Assembly (NCBI GenBank): GCA_018985225.1
Contig: JADGIF010000005.1
Coordinates: 1-32,000 of the forward strand
Direction of reading: 5' to 3'
From: Amoeboradix gromovi X-113
Lineage: Eukaryota > Fungi > Sanchytriomycota
Length of the DNA stretch: 32,000 nt
A model generated the notes under the pieces. That model did no database searches, was not told where the DNA came from, and was given only the letters and a program-made list of their open reading frames with translations. Below, one piece after another: positions 1 through 10,467 of the stretch; position 1 is the first letter of the stretch, and every line of letters begins with the position of its first letter. Made by a program: the position numbers and the translations under genes.

Positions 1-1130
1 CTCTATTTTATCTCTTGTACATGTCTTATTTACACAGTGGTCTCATCTTTTTCTTCATCGTAGACTTCTTTTTGGTACGTATATTTTGGTTGTTCTGTTG
101 TATACTTTTTAATAAATTGAAGTGAGTAGCCATCTGTTCTAATATTAGTAATATCCACTTCAATTTTACCGTTGGTATAACTACAGGCTTGTTTAAACAC
201 TTCTGAAAAAGAACAATTCATCATTTTTACAAAAGATTTCAAATCCATGGCAATTATATTGTCTTTAAAAGCACCCAATGGATAGAAGTAACCCACTCGT
301 ACTAGAAATCCTTGTTCTAGTGCATTTAACCATATCATCTCTTTCTAGGCATTGAAAGACATCTAATCGTTCCATTTTTCGACCAATTTCTGAGTGTTGA
401 TGAATGTATACTGTAACTGCTAGTTATTTCTTTAGAATTGATCCACCATTTGTGAAAAGGAAGAATATCGAGTATTTAAGCTGTTGCGAAAATCTGGAAT
501 AATGATGAAATTATATAAAAATGCATAAAAATTCGCGATAAATGATTTATTCAAGAAAACAATCGAGCTGATTTAATATCATTTTGGGTGACTGCCCCCA
601 GCTTGAAGAAATCAAGTCAAATGTTTCGACTTTTTATTGCAGTCTTTTATAGATTTCTTGGTTATATTTATCCTCCACATCATCGTTATTATCTGATTCT
701 GATAAATTATCTTCACCTTCAAGTTCTTCATACTGAGAAAATATCCATCTACATACATCAATATAGGATCCAGCGGTTATTCTTGCATTATTAAGTTCTC
801 TAAAACTATGCTGATCTTGTTCTGCACGAGATTGACTCAGTTCAACAAATCTAGCAGGTTACTACACTCTCGTCTATAAAATGAGTAAAGGAAAACTATA
901 GAATCTACGTATTCTTTTTTCATTTCTGAACACAAAACTTTTTTCGTTAGATCTAGAAAAAGTTCTCTTTCAAATAATTCAAATTTAGTTCTTTCTGTTA
1001 GCCAGTACATGTATAGATCTCCAAATCGGCTTCCCAAGGGTTCTGCACCTTTTATTGATAGCTAGCAAATACTTTATTTCATTCCGCCAATCTTTCCTGC
1101 CGTTTGTTCAAGATGAAAAAAGAATATAGA
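1..1130 (-). pseudogene. Decayed minus-strand ORF, possibly Fanzor1-like, interrupted by the IS607-like left-end fragment at 335-567 and running off the window edge
   Basis: Co-oriented frame fragments broken by stops and frameshifts: LAINKRCRTL/GSRFGDLYMYWL... (about 1065-837), ARFVELSQ...YKRLQ*KVETF...MILNQ (about 857-568) and ORF 30-338. The last contains NIRTDGYSLQF, similar to the TDG(V/Y)S motif that precedes RuvC-I in Fanzor1 proteins, followed by a charged linker. Identity is inferred from motif memory only. Confidence 0.3.
335..567 (-). mobile_element. IS607-like/Fanzor2 element, left-end fragment with TnpA N-terminal HTH remnant (copy 0)
   Basis: About 165 bp are highly similar to 14279-14441 and 31458-31620 and end sharply at the same base (+ strand ...TTCAAGAAAACAATCGAG). 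Minus-strand frame 451-335 reads KWWINSKEITSSYSIHSSTLRNWSKNGTIRCLSMPRKR*, matching the MerR-type winged-HTH pattern (TLRxW...G.I....P..KR) at the N-terminus of IS607 serine recombinases. Confidence 0.8.
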
Positions 1131-1257
1131 GTTATGATGCATTAAGAAAATTATAGTGAAGGCTATATATCCGGGTTATAGAATTCGTATACTCAAGATA
1201 AATATTTTATTAAGTTGAAATTGATGGGTGTATAACATTTACTTCGGTTCTCAAATT

Positions 1258-3153
1258 CTATCCCCAAACATCCATTCTTATCTTTTTGTTTTTGACCATG
1301 GTCTGTACTATCTTTTCGGAACTAGCTAGTGAAATATTGTTTTCTTCGCTAATAATAAGCTTGATTGTTTCCATAAACATTTTTACCATGTGTGAAGCGT
1401 CTCCACATAGGTAGAACACAGCGTCATCATCAAACAGCTGCAAAATCTCGGTCCTAAAGGTTGCCAGCACATCCCAACAATAGGCTCCAATTTTTTCATA
1501 CCCTAATTTTTCACCAACTCTGACGATTTCTTTGGAACTGTAAATTCTGTTTGCATGAACTGCTCGAATGCTACAGCTAGATGATCTTGAATAGGCAACA
1601 TAATACGGTATTTTCTTCATAGCAGTGATGCTTTCCAGTTCCTGTTGTAAAATCCATTCTTCTGATCCCCTACATCCTTGTATCAACAAGGCCTTCTGAC
1701 CTGGTTTTAAATCCATCATGAACTGTAAATATGGCGCAACCCCAGTACCGGGTCCGATGAACACTAATGGAAATGAAGGATCGGCGGTAAACGTTGTAGC
1801 CGGCCAGGGGAATGCCAAAATCGGCTTATTTGTTATTGAGAGTTTGTTTCGCACTCTAGGATGAGCACATAAGCTATCAATATAGCCAGTAGCTAGCCCA
1901 ACTCTATCTATATCTCCTGATTTAAAAGTTTCCAGATTAAACAAAAAGTCTACGCTATCATTGGCCTGATCAAACTTAACAACACTGTAATACCTTGGCT
2001 TGAGCACACCTAATAAAGAAAGTGAGTAAATAGGTGGATTACAGGAAGGTAATCCATTTAGGAAGTCTAGTAGATTTAAATTTAGACCTCTAATTCTTGC
2101 GAACTCTGAAGAGCCTTCTTTTGAAGTCAGATAAAGCAAAGCATTTTTTTCTTCCTCCTCCTTGCAGTATTCAGCGATAAGTCTTATGTAGCGCTTGGAC
2201 GGAAATCTTAGATCTAATTTGTATCGCAAGAGATCATAAAGTGAAATCTCACCGTGTTCTGTATGCTGTATCACAGGATTAGAATCAAGACTATGTCCTA
2301 AGATTTTCAACAAATCTTTAGTTAAAAGTTCATCATTCGGAACAAAGATGCCAATAGAATCTCCAGCTTTATACTGATATCCATTGGATTTGATAGCAAC
2401 TAAAATAGTTGTTTTAACTGAGTTATTCATTGTCAAGCATTTTCCACTAATAAGAAGATGGGTGGTTGCTTTTTTTAAGATATCATCAGTTGATTTTATC
2501 GAACTTTGGAAAGCCAATAGGCTAGTACAAGGAGATGCGTGATCTTTCACATTCCATTTAACATGCGCAGGTAGTCTAGAGGGTTTAAAGTCAGTTGAAT
2601 CAATCTTGATTTGGAACAAAGCTGAACGGGTGCCCAAGTTAAAATCTCGAAGCTCTTCAAAAACAGGAGTAATTGCATCAACCGATGATGCCAACCTATA
2701 TCTCTTAGATACATATTGTAAGAGTTCGTCTATCCAAGGGTCAACAAAACTTTCTAAACCAGTCGCATCATCTGCTAAAACGTTTCTAAAAACTGGAACG
2801 AGGTTCAAATCTTTAAAAAATTTGAGAGTTCTTTTCGCATTCCCATTAAAGTTAGTGTAATTAGTATCTCCAAGACCTAATAAGCAATACTCCAGTCCAG
2901 ATAGCTTTTGTTCTTCTTGTTTCTTCAATTTTCTTAACCACTTGTAGAAGGGCAAGGAATGCTCCGGAGCATCACCATCTCCTGTTGAGCTAACAACGAA
3001 CACATGGAACCCAACAAACTCTACACCCTCATACTTATCCAATGGATACACAACTGCATCAATATTCATAGCTTCCATCTCTTGGCAAATGTGTTTGGAA
3101 ATATGCTCTGCAGTTCCTGTTTGGGATGCATAACCAATTGTTACTTGCGGCAT
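1258..3153 (-). CDS. MTRR: Methionine synthase reductase-like diflavin (FMN/FAD/NADPH) oxidoreductase
   Basis: 631-aa ORF with flavodoxin motifs YASQTGTAE, SSTGDGDAP, LGLGDTNY and LADDATGLE, FAD motif PRYYSV, NADPH motifs GPGTGVAPY and YLCGDA, and C-terminal DVWG. No N-terminal membrane anchor, unlike P450 reductase. Confidence 0.75.
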   Translation of the reverse strand: MPQVTIGYASQTGTAEHISKHICQEMEAMNIDAVVYPLDKYEGVEFVGFHVFVVSSTGDGDAPEHSLPFYKWLRKLKKQEEQKLSGLEYCLLGLGDTNYTNFNGNAKRTLKFFKDLNLVPVFRNVLADDATGLESFVDPWIDELLQYVSKRYRLASSVDAITPVFEELRDFNLGTRSALFQIKIDSTDFKPSRLPAHVKWNVKDHASPCTSLLAFQSSIKSTDDILKKATTHLLISGKCLTMNNSVKTTILVAIKSNGYQYKAGDSIGIFVPNDELLTKDLLKILGHSLDSNPVIQHTEHGEISLYDLLRYKLDLRFPSKRYIRLIAEYCKEEEEKNALLYLTSKEGSSEFARIRGLNLNLLDFLNGLPSCNPPIYSLSLLGVLKPRYYSVVKFDQANDSVDFLFNLETFKSGDIDRVGLATGYIDSLCAHPRVRNKLSITNKPILAFPWPATTFTADPSFPLVFIGPGTGVAPYLQFMMDLKPGQKALLIQGCRGSEEWILQQELESITAMKKIPYYVAYSRSSSCSIRAVHANRIYSSKEIVRVGEKLGYEKIGAYCWDVLATFRTEILQLFDDDAVFYLCGDASHMVKMFMETIKLIISEENNISLASSEKIVQTMVKNKKIRMDVWG

Positions 3154-3217
3154 CTTAATTTTAACGTTTTACAAGGATGACTATAAAATTTCAAATAAAC
3201 CCCGTTTAAAACTCGAG

Positions 3218-3391
3218 ATGCAAGCATTCAGATCTGCTAACTGGACATATTTGAAATATCTATCAACAGCATCTGAAGCATTAAGATCTGCATTAAAAGA
3301 AGAAGTAAAATCAAAAATAAGACATGAAAATGTGTTGAAAGTAGCAAAATGGGAAGGCGGGAAACAGGGTGTAAGTAAGTTAGCAAAATAA
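3218..3391 (+). CDS. ATP15: Mitochondrial F1 ATP synthase epsilon subunit (absent from the supplied ORF track)
   Basis: ATG at 3218 gives MQAFRSANWTYLKYLSTASEALRSALKEEVKSKIRHENVLKVAKWEGGKQGVSKLAK* (57 aa), fitting the epsilon pattern (W/F)R.A...Y..Y....A...R..LK...KW..G. A GTAAGT at 3371 leaves the extreme C-terminus slightly uncertain. Confidence 0.85.
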   Translation: MQAFRSANWTYLKYLSTASEALRSALKEEVKSKIRHENVLKVAKWEGGKQGVSKLAK

Positions 3392-3791
3392 ATGTATGGT
3401 TTACATCTTGTGCTTTTTATTTTGAATGTTTTTGTTCTTCAGCAGGGTGCAATTACGAGTTCAATGCCGAATATTTATGACATGTTTTGTAACTAGCGAA
3501 CTGAGCTTAATTCGATGGCAATCTTAATGAAGCCTGAAATTATACAAATTAGCCATTGTGTTGCACCAGTCGATTAATATGGAAATGCGTGTTAAACAAC
3601 ATCAATGGATAAAAGATTTTGAGAAATAACGGAGACTAGAATGACAAAAGGAGTAAACCTTAACCGTTAATTGTGACCGTGACCATAAACTATAGAACAA
3701 CCTTTCTTGCTAATCGATTAGGTCTAACCTTTTGAGACACTTGTTTTAAAAAGTTTGCCTTGTTTTTTAATCTCCCAAACACGGATTACAT

Positions 3792-6700
3792 ATGCAGGAT
3801 GACAATGTCAATTCTGGTAAAGCGAGGTCGATCGTAGGTAAAATTAACATGACTGAAATGGGTTCTCGTGCCCAAGTCTTAACATCTCATCCAAAGTCTC
3901 AGTCGGTACGATTGCCACAACCTACAGGAAATATCCTCGACAATTGCATTCTTCAGTACAATCCAAAAACAGATATCCAACATCAATACTACTCACATTT
4001 ACTCCAATATCTTTTGCAAAAGCTTGGAGATCTGCCTAGCAATGATCTTCATGAGTTGGCATATAACTTTATCAATTCCTTTGATACAACATATAAAGAA
4101 ATATTTAATGATGATCTAAAGCATTATGAATCCATAAAGCAAATTATTCATTACTTACACGATGCTCCGGTAGACGTGCCTGAAGAAATGAATGTGGATG
4201 TCCTTCTTGATAATGAAAATGACAATAATCAAATTATAGCGGAACCTGTGAGTGATGAGGAAGATCATTCTGATATAGATATACAAGATTATGTAGATCA
4301 CCTGAATTCCTTGCTATCTAATTTCAGTAGAGAAGTCCAGGAATCTACTTTTGAATTAATAAACAGATGCAGTGACAATCCAATGATGTTAGAAAAAGAG
4401 TTAATGCAGTTGTTTGAATTTGAACACACTGATATTGTCATGTTTATTCTAGAAAACCAGCTAATGTTACTAAGACAATTAAATTCAAACAAAAATGAGA
4501 CCGACGACAAGTTGGAACCCACGCAAATTATAGCTTTTGATGACTACAAATTCAAAGATAGAGGGCATTTCCAAGCGAATAAGAATTGCAAGCTACCTCA
4601 AGGTAGCTTTAAAAGGCAGAGGCAGGGGTACGAAGAGATACATATTCCATTGTTTTCTAATGACAAGAAGAACGAACCGCTAATGCCTATCTCAGATTTA
4701 CCCGAATGGTGTCAAATTTGCTTTAAAGGCGTTCAGCACTTGAATTTAATACAGTCACTGACTTTTAAGTCTTCCTTTAATTCAAATGACAACATGCTTG
4801 TTAGTGCACCAACGGGTGCTGGTAAAACCAACATTAGTTTGTTAGCAATGCTAAGACTGATAGGAAGCTTTAGGTCTAACAATAACATATCTAAAGAGGA
4901 CTTTAAAATTATTTATGTTGCGCCTCTGAAAGCGTTGGTTCAAGAACTGGTGTTCAATTTTACCCAGAAATTAGCACCTCTAGGATTAGTAGTAAGTGAG
5001 TTAACTGGTGACGTTAATATGACAAGACAAGAAATGATGAATTCGAATTTGATTATTACTACTCCAGAGAAATGGGACGTAATTACTCGTAAAGGGATGG
5101 ATGCAAGTACCATAAACACTGTTAAGCTGCTTATCGTTGACGAAATACATTTGCTGCATGATTCCAGAGGTCCTGTGTTAGAATCAATAATAGTACGATC
5201 ATTTAATCATCCAATTAGAATTATAGGTCTAAGCGCTACATTGCCTAACTATAAGGACGTGGGTGCATTTCTGAAATGTCCCAGTAGCAACGTATACTAT
5301 TTTGATCATTCTTATCGGCCTTGCCCCCTAAGTCAGGAGTTTATCGGAATAACTGAGCGCAGGTTTAAGAGACTAGAGCTGATAAATAACATATTGTATG
5401 AAAAGGTAATGGAAGACGCTGGAAAATATCAAGTTATTATATTCGTACATAGTCGTAAAGATACTCTGAAAACAGCTCAATTACTGCTGGAAATGTTTAT
5501 TTCAAACAACACATTGGGCAAACTATTTAGTAACATCCAGGGCAGTATAAATGTACTCCAATCTATTTCCGATCAGTGCGAGAACAAGAAGTTGAAATCT
5601 ATAATTCCCCATGGGTTCGGTATCCATCATGCTGGTTTAAGCAGGAATGATCGTACTTTAATTGAAGACCTGTTCGCCGATGGCCATTTGCAAGTCTTAG
5701 TCGCCACTTCTACCCTTGCTGTTGGCATTAACCTCCCTAGCCATACTTGCATTATCAAAGGCACCAAAGTTTATAATCCCTCTTTGGGTGAATATGAGGA
5801 AATCGGATTGTCTAGTGTTATTCAGATGATAGGAAGGGCTGGTAGACCTGGTTATGACGTATTTGGCAGGGGTGTCATTATTACTGAGTATCATGAATTG
5901 CCTTATTATCTCAGTATTCTGAATAGCCAGTTCCCTATTGAATCCCAGCTGTTTTTGCAAATTGAAAATGTCTTGAATGCTGAGATAGTGCTTGGTAACA
6001 TTATGAATATCAATGATGCGTGTGAATATATTAAACAAACATATCTCTACACCAGAATGACAACTGATCCAGCTACTTACAAGCAATCTAAGAACATCGA
6101 CGACATATTGTTATTTATCATCAACGTTGCTCATTCTGCTTTCAAACTACTGCATGATAATAAAATGATTATTTATTCATATCCCAATTGCTACTCCACT
6201 GAACTAGGCTTAATTGCTTCATATTACTATATCAGCATGTCCAACATGTCTGTCTATTATAATCAAATCAAGTCTCATTTTAACATTCCTCAGCTACTAC
6301 AGGTATTTGCAAATAGTGGCGAGTTCAAGTATATTCCTGTCCGAAAAGAGGAAGAACTAGAATTAAAAAGGTTATCAGGTATTGTTCCTATCCCAGTTCC
6401 TACAGATAGCAATTCGTCAAACTCAAATAAAATCATCATACTTTTGCAATGTTACATTTCCAACCACTCGCTATCTGGATTTGCTATTCAATCTGATTTA
6501 ACGTTTATCGCGCAATCCGCCACTAGATTATTCAAGTGCATGTCTGAAATCTGTTTGTATTTCAAATGGTACAGCCCATTTGTCAGCGCAATGAATTTGT
6601 ATAAAATGACTTTGAATCATTCGTGGGATTTATTTCCATTAAACCAGATTCACTATTTACCCAATGCAGCAGTTAATAAACTAAATAATACCAGCATCAA

Positions 6701-8987
6701 CAGACTGTTACGATTGAATGTTGCTCAACTGAAAGAGCTTACAAACGATGCAAATATCGTTTATTCTGCATTGCAGTCCTTGCCCAAATATATCGTTGAA
6801 ACTAAGCTGTTGCCTCTAACTACTAACTGGTATAAACTATTCTTGACCATTCAAAATGATTTCAAGCACGACCCATCTATCCATCTGCCCATTGAGTATA
6901 TTAACCTGATAGTAACTGATTCGTTGGGTACTAAAATCATTACAAGCTCTGAAATCTCAATCAAATCCAATGATACCGATTCTCTGATTACTAGCATGGT
7001 ATTTCAGTTAGACTACACGCCTTCAATCCTTTTGCTGCATTGCATTTCTAACAGGTGGTTTAATATTCAGTCACCGAGTATTGTGCAATACAACATTAGA
7101 CCCAGTTTATCACTTGATCCTATGGCTACAGTTAATGACAGTGAGATGCAGAAGCTGCTGTCTTTCCATGTAGCTCAGCCATTTAGCAAGATATTGGCCG
7201 TTCCATTGATTTACCATTATTCAATCATAGATATGCTAAGTGAATTGTACAGTGACTTAATTATAGTAATGCCTGTAGAGATGATCGGATTAGTAGATAG
7301 ATACAAGAATAGTGCAGCTGTAAAAGTATACACTGTGCAGGAGTATTTGCAAGGTATAAACACCAGCTGTACCGACACTAAGCACCTTGTAGCAATGCAT
7401 GTACAGAACCTGTCTGCCGATTATGAAGTACTGCTGATGCATGCGTCTACTTTAAGCAGCGTTACACTGCTAAGCACTCCAAATCCTAATTACAGAGACT
7501 ATTGTAGTTTGTTAAAAAGCGATCCTAAATATTCATTAAACTCGTGTAACTCAACAGCAATTAATCATTTAAAACGTATTAAAAACTACACTCATGGATT
7601 AATAGTGCATGAACATCCTTTGGAACTTGCAAAGCTGTTGATCGGAAGTAATGTTCATACAGATGCTGACTTTGATTCATCCATAAATCTTTGCAGCTCT
7701 AGTATAATTAACAAGTGCATAAACCACAATACACTAGTAATGGACCCATTAATGATTAGATCAGACTTGTTGATAATTTACAACCTTATTATCACCACTA
7801 ATACTGATGACATATATGTTGTAGTGCATCCTCACTTTACTTATGCGCTGTTTGTATCGTTCGATCATGTCGTGGTTGATTTGCCGGTCTTTGATGCAAT
7901 GCTTGTCAACAGAATGCAGCATTACAGCAGCAATATGACTGTAATTGGTAATAAACAGCATGTGGACAAAGCATTGCTAGGCTATCCAGTAGAGAGTAGA
8001 TTGCATCTAAATGCTGCGAGCTTACTGCGAACAGTAAATGCGAATGATGAGATATCAGTCGATTTGCTGGTTCAAACATTGAAGGGATCTTTCCTAGCGG
8101 CTAGACTACATAGGAACATGTACTATTACTGCGAAAATGTTAACGTATTTATTAGTGACCTAATTGATGATTTAATAAGAGACATGACGGAACTAGAGCT
8201 AATTAAAGACAACAAGTTAACAGCGTTAGGAATGATAATGAATAGCTACTCTTTATCATTTAATGACATGGACATACTAGTCATGAATGTAAATAATGGG
8301 ATAAACAGGTCTGACATGCTAGATATAATATGCAATATGGATTACAGTGATGTCGATTATAGCAGTAGCAAAGTAAAAGGACTCTTGAATAAGCATATGA
8401 ATAACATCCCATGTACTGCTGACACGTTGATGATATTGTACCACATAGAAAACAAGATACATGGACTGATAAGCGTGGCGAATTTCAAAGGCTTGTTAAG
8501 CGTTATGATTAGTGCCATAGAATTAATGCAAATGATTACGCAACAAGTAAACAATAGCAGTGCTGCTATTCAGCAACTGCCGTACTATGAGAAAATGAGA
8601 CTAGATGGCATAAGCAGTGTCTACGATCTAATGGAGCTAGAAGACGACTCAAGAGACTTGGTACTCGAGGAGCTCAGCGATTTAGAAAAGAGCAGTGTTG
8701 CCTATTTTGTGAACCACTATCCCAACATTGAAGTTTATATTACAAAAAAAGCCGCTGACATTGAAGTGAGTCTGGAAAGCGATGATTCTACCAAAATCAA
8801 TCTAAGCGAGTACTTTGAAAAGTACAATAGGTGGTGGATAATAGTGGGAAATGGAAATGAGATAATGCACGTGGAATTGGTTAAAATCCTTGATAACAAC
8901 ACCTTGGTGAAAATACCAATAATGAGTGGTAAATTGTACCTCATGTGCGACGGCTACATAGGATGCGATCAGGTGTACGATGTTTAA
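3792..8987 (+). CDS. BRR2: U5 snRNP 200-kDa Ski2-like RNA helicase Brr2 (shortened)
   Basis: 1731 aa with Brr2-typical N-terminal CKLPQGSFKRQRQGYEEIHIP, APTGAGKT, PLKALVQE, TPEKWD, DEIH, GLSATLPNY, QMIGRAGRP, a Sec63 unit and C-terminal LYLMCDGYIGCDQ. Confidence 0.93.
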   Translation: MQDDNVNSGKARSIVGKINMTEMGSRAQVLTSHPKSQSVRLPQPTGNILDNCILQYNPKTDIQHQYYSHLLQYLLQKLGDLPSNDLHELAYNFINSFDTTYKEIFNDDLKHYESIKQIIHYLHDAPVDVPEEMNVDVLLDNENDNNQIIAEPVSDEEDHSDIDIQDYVDHLNSLLSNFSREVQESTFELINRCSDNPMMLEKELMQLFEFEHTDIVMFILENQLMLLRQLNSNKNETDDKLEPTQIIAFDDYKFKDRGHFQANKNCKLPQGSFKRQRQGYEEIHIPLFSNDKKNEPLMPISDLPEWCQICFKGVQHLNLIQSLTFKSSFNSNDNMLVSAPTGAGKTNISLLAMLRLIGSFRSNNNISKEDFKIIYVAPLKALVQELVFNFTQKLAPLGLVVSELTGDVNMTRQEMMNSNLIITTPEKWDVITRKGMDASTINTVKLLIVDEIHLLHDSRGPVLESIIVRSFNHPIRIIGLSATLPNYKDVGAFLKCPSSNVYYFDHSYRPCPLSQEFIGITERRFKRLELINNILYEKVMEDAGKYQVIIFVHSRKDTLKTAQLLLEMFISNNTLGKLFSNIQGSINVLQSISDQCENKKLKSIIPHGFGIHHAGLSRNDRTLIEDLFADGHLQVLVATSTLAVGINLPSHTCIIKGTKVYNPSLGEYEEIGLSSVIQMIGRAGRPGYDVFGRGVIITEYHELPYYLSILNSQFPIESQLFLQIENVLNAEIVLGNIMNINDACEYIKQTYLYTRMTTDPATYKQSKNIDDILLFIINVAHSAFKLLHDNKMIIYSYPNCYSTELGLIASYYYISMSNMSVYYNQIKSHFNIPQLLQVFANSGEFKYIPVRKEEELELKRLSGIVPIPVPTDSNSSNSNKIIILLQCYISNHSLSGFAIQSDLTFIAQSATRLFKCMSEICLYFKWYSPFVSAMNLYKMTLNHSWDLFPLNQIHYLPNAAVNKLNNTSINRLLRLNVAQLKELTNDANIVYSALQSLPKYIVETKLLPLTTNWYKLFLTIQNDFKHDPSIHLPIEYINLIVTDSLGTKIITSSEISIKSNDTDSLITSMVFQLDYTPSILLLHCISNRWFNIQSPSIVQYNIRPSLSLDPMATVNDSEMQKLLSFHVAQPFSKILAVPLIYHYSIIDMLSELYSDLIIVMPVEMIGLVDRYKNSAAVKVYTVQEYLQGINTSCTDTKHLVAMHVQNLSADYEVLLMHASTLSSVTLLSTPNPNYRDYCSLLKSDPKYSLNSCNSTAINHLKRIKNYTHGLIVHEHPLELAKLLIGSNVHTDADFDSSINLCSSSIINKCINHNTLVMDPLMIRSDLLIIYNLIITTNTDDIYVVVHPHFTYALFVSFDHVVVDLPVFDAMLVNRMQHYSSNMTVIGNKQHVDKALLGYPVESRLHLNAASLLRTVNANDEISVDLLVQTLKGSFLAARLHRNMYYYCENVNVFISDLIDDLIRDMTELELIKDNKLTALGMIMNSYSLSFNDMDILVMNVNNGINRSDMLDIICNMDYSDVDYSSSKVKGLLNKHMNNIPCTADTLMILYHIENKIHGLISVANFKGLLSVMISAIELMQMITQQVNNSSAAIQQLPYYEKMRLDGISSVYDLMELEDDSRDLVLEELSDLEKSSVAYFVNHYPNIEVYITKKAADIEVSLESDDSTKINLSEYFEKYNRWWIIVGNGNEIMHVELVKILDNNTLVKIPIMSGKLYLMCDGYIGCDQVYDV

Positions 8988-9046
8988 TTAATAAATAGAT
9001 TTCAATTAACAAAACGTGAGGTATTAGGCTAAATATATTTATTCAT

Positions 9047-9589
9047 TTAATCGGATTTGAGGCGACTACCAGATGCCATATAATATGTGTTGGGGGCCGC
9101 TGAGGACAGCAGCTGAATCCCAATAATAAAAGCCACGATGAGACCAATTAATGTGAAAATAAAGAATGAAAAAGAAGAAGAAACGTCAATAAAATCATCA
9201 TTTGCAGATTTGGAATCATCGCTGTCACGCTTTACAAGAGATATAGAGGGACGCAACAATATATTGTTGCGCGAGTCAAAAGAAGAATCAGAATCAATAT
9301 TGACAATTACAACCTTTTTTCCAAGACCAAATTGTTTGGGACTAACTTTAGGAGAATGGTCTTGATGTAGTATTGGAATGTTGTACTTGTCGGCTAGATT
9401 AATAGTAACCTCCAAGAAATCATCTACTGCAAACGGAGCTTGAATACCTTTTGATGTTGGCTTTTCGGAATAGTATATTACCAAAACGCTAGAATCAGGA
9501 CCCTTGCAATTGTTATTTTGGAAGAAGGCGCCATAGTAGCAAAGCACTTGTTTCCATGAAATATTGGAATTGGGGATAACAAACTGCAT
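9047..9589 (-). CDS. Membrane protein with a single C-terminal TM helix, possibly a V-ATPase accessory Voa1/Ac45 (BIG1-like) protein
   Basis: 180-aa ORF. KR-D then ...FSFFIFTLIGLIVAFIIGIQLLSS... resembles the Ac45/Voa1 C-terminal TM region. The start is uncertain because CTAAC..ATGCAG around the ATG could be an intron 3' end. Confidence 0.4.
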   Translation of the reverse strand: MQFVIPNSNISWKQVLCYYGAFFQNNNCKGPDSSVLVIYYSEKPTSKGIQAPFAVDDFLEVTINLADKYNIPILHQDHSPKVSPKQFGLGKKVVIVNIDSDSSFDSRNNILLRPSISLVKRDSDDSKSANDDFIDVSSSFSFFIFTLIGLIVAFIIGIQLLSSAAPNTYYMASGSRLKSD

Positions 9590-10467
9590 AGGTTAGAAAA
9601 ATTTATTTTATTTGAATTGCACTCATTAAGTTCTTTCTTCTTTCCAACTGGCGCAGATTCTTTCGGCCTTCTAAATATTCCTTGTAAGATATTATACTGC
9701 CCCAAGCTAATCCATTTAAAAATGGGGATCCTATTATATTAAACAACTCGGACATGTTCTGAAAAGCAAACTAGGAGAAATTGCGGGATGGAGAGTTCTA
9801 CCTATTTGAGATATTTTTATAAATTTTATTTAGTTTTTGTAAAATACCCACTTCAGGGTCGTTTCTCGCCATCGATTGGGCCAGGTGGCTGTTGTCGCTG
9901 CTACCAAAATAAACTATGACCTCCTTAACGATTGTCCTAGTCTCCCAGAAAGTCAAGAGTTACCACTGAGAAACTGATTAAGACTTTGAGGTCCATGATA
10001 AGAAAGTGTGTCAAGCGTAGACAACTATAAAACTATAGAAAGATGATCAGTTGAGAAGTGAAGTTCGTGAAATCACTATAGATGGTTTATTGAAACAGCA
10101 TAACCTGCTTTAGCATCAACAATACGAAATAGGTTTGTTCTTTGTAACCTAAAATAACTAGTGATTGCAAACGCATCATATTTTTCCGTTGTTGAAGTAT
10201 TTATTAGGTGTTTCTTTAGAAGTGGAGCCATTCGACCGATGAAAAAAAATAAGATAGAGTTTTATGCAGATGAAAGTGTCTGCAAAAAGAAGCATAGGCA
10301 CAATATAGCCATGTAATCGTGATAAATGGTTAATTCAGTTGAAGTCGATAGCCGGTTAACAGTGTACTCATCGATTAGTTAGTGTATAATCTCACAGTAT
10401 GGCATTGTGAGTCCTAAACATCTAAGGGCATTAAATATACTTACTAAGACACTTTTATGAAATTAAT

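Noticed and set aside
9655-9675. TTCGGCCTT reminiscent of the U2 snRNA 5' end
   Set aside because: Lacks the following GCTAAGATCA and GTAGTA branch-pairing sequence.
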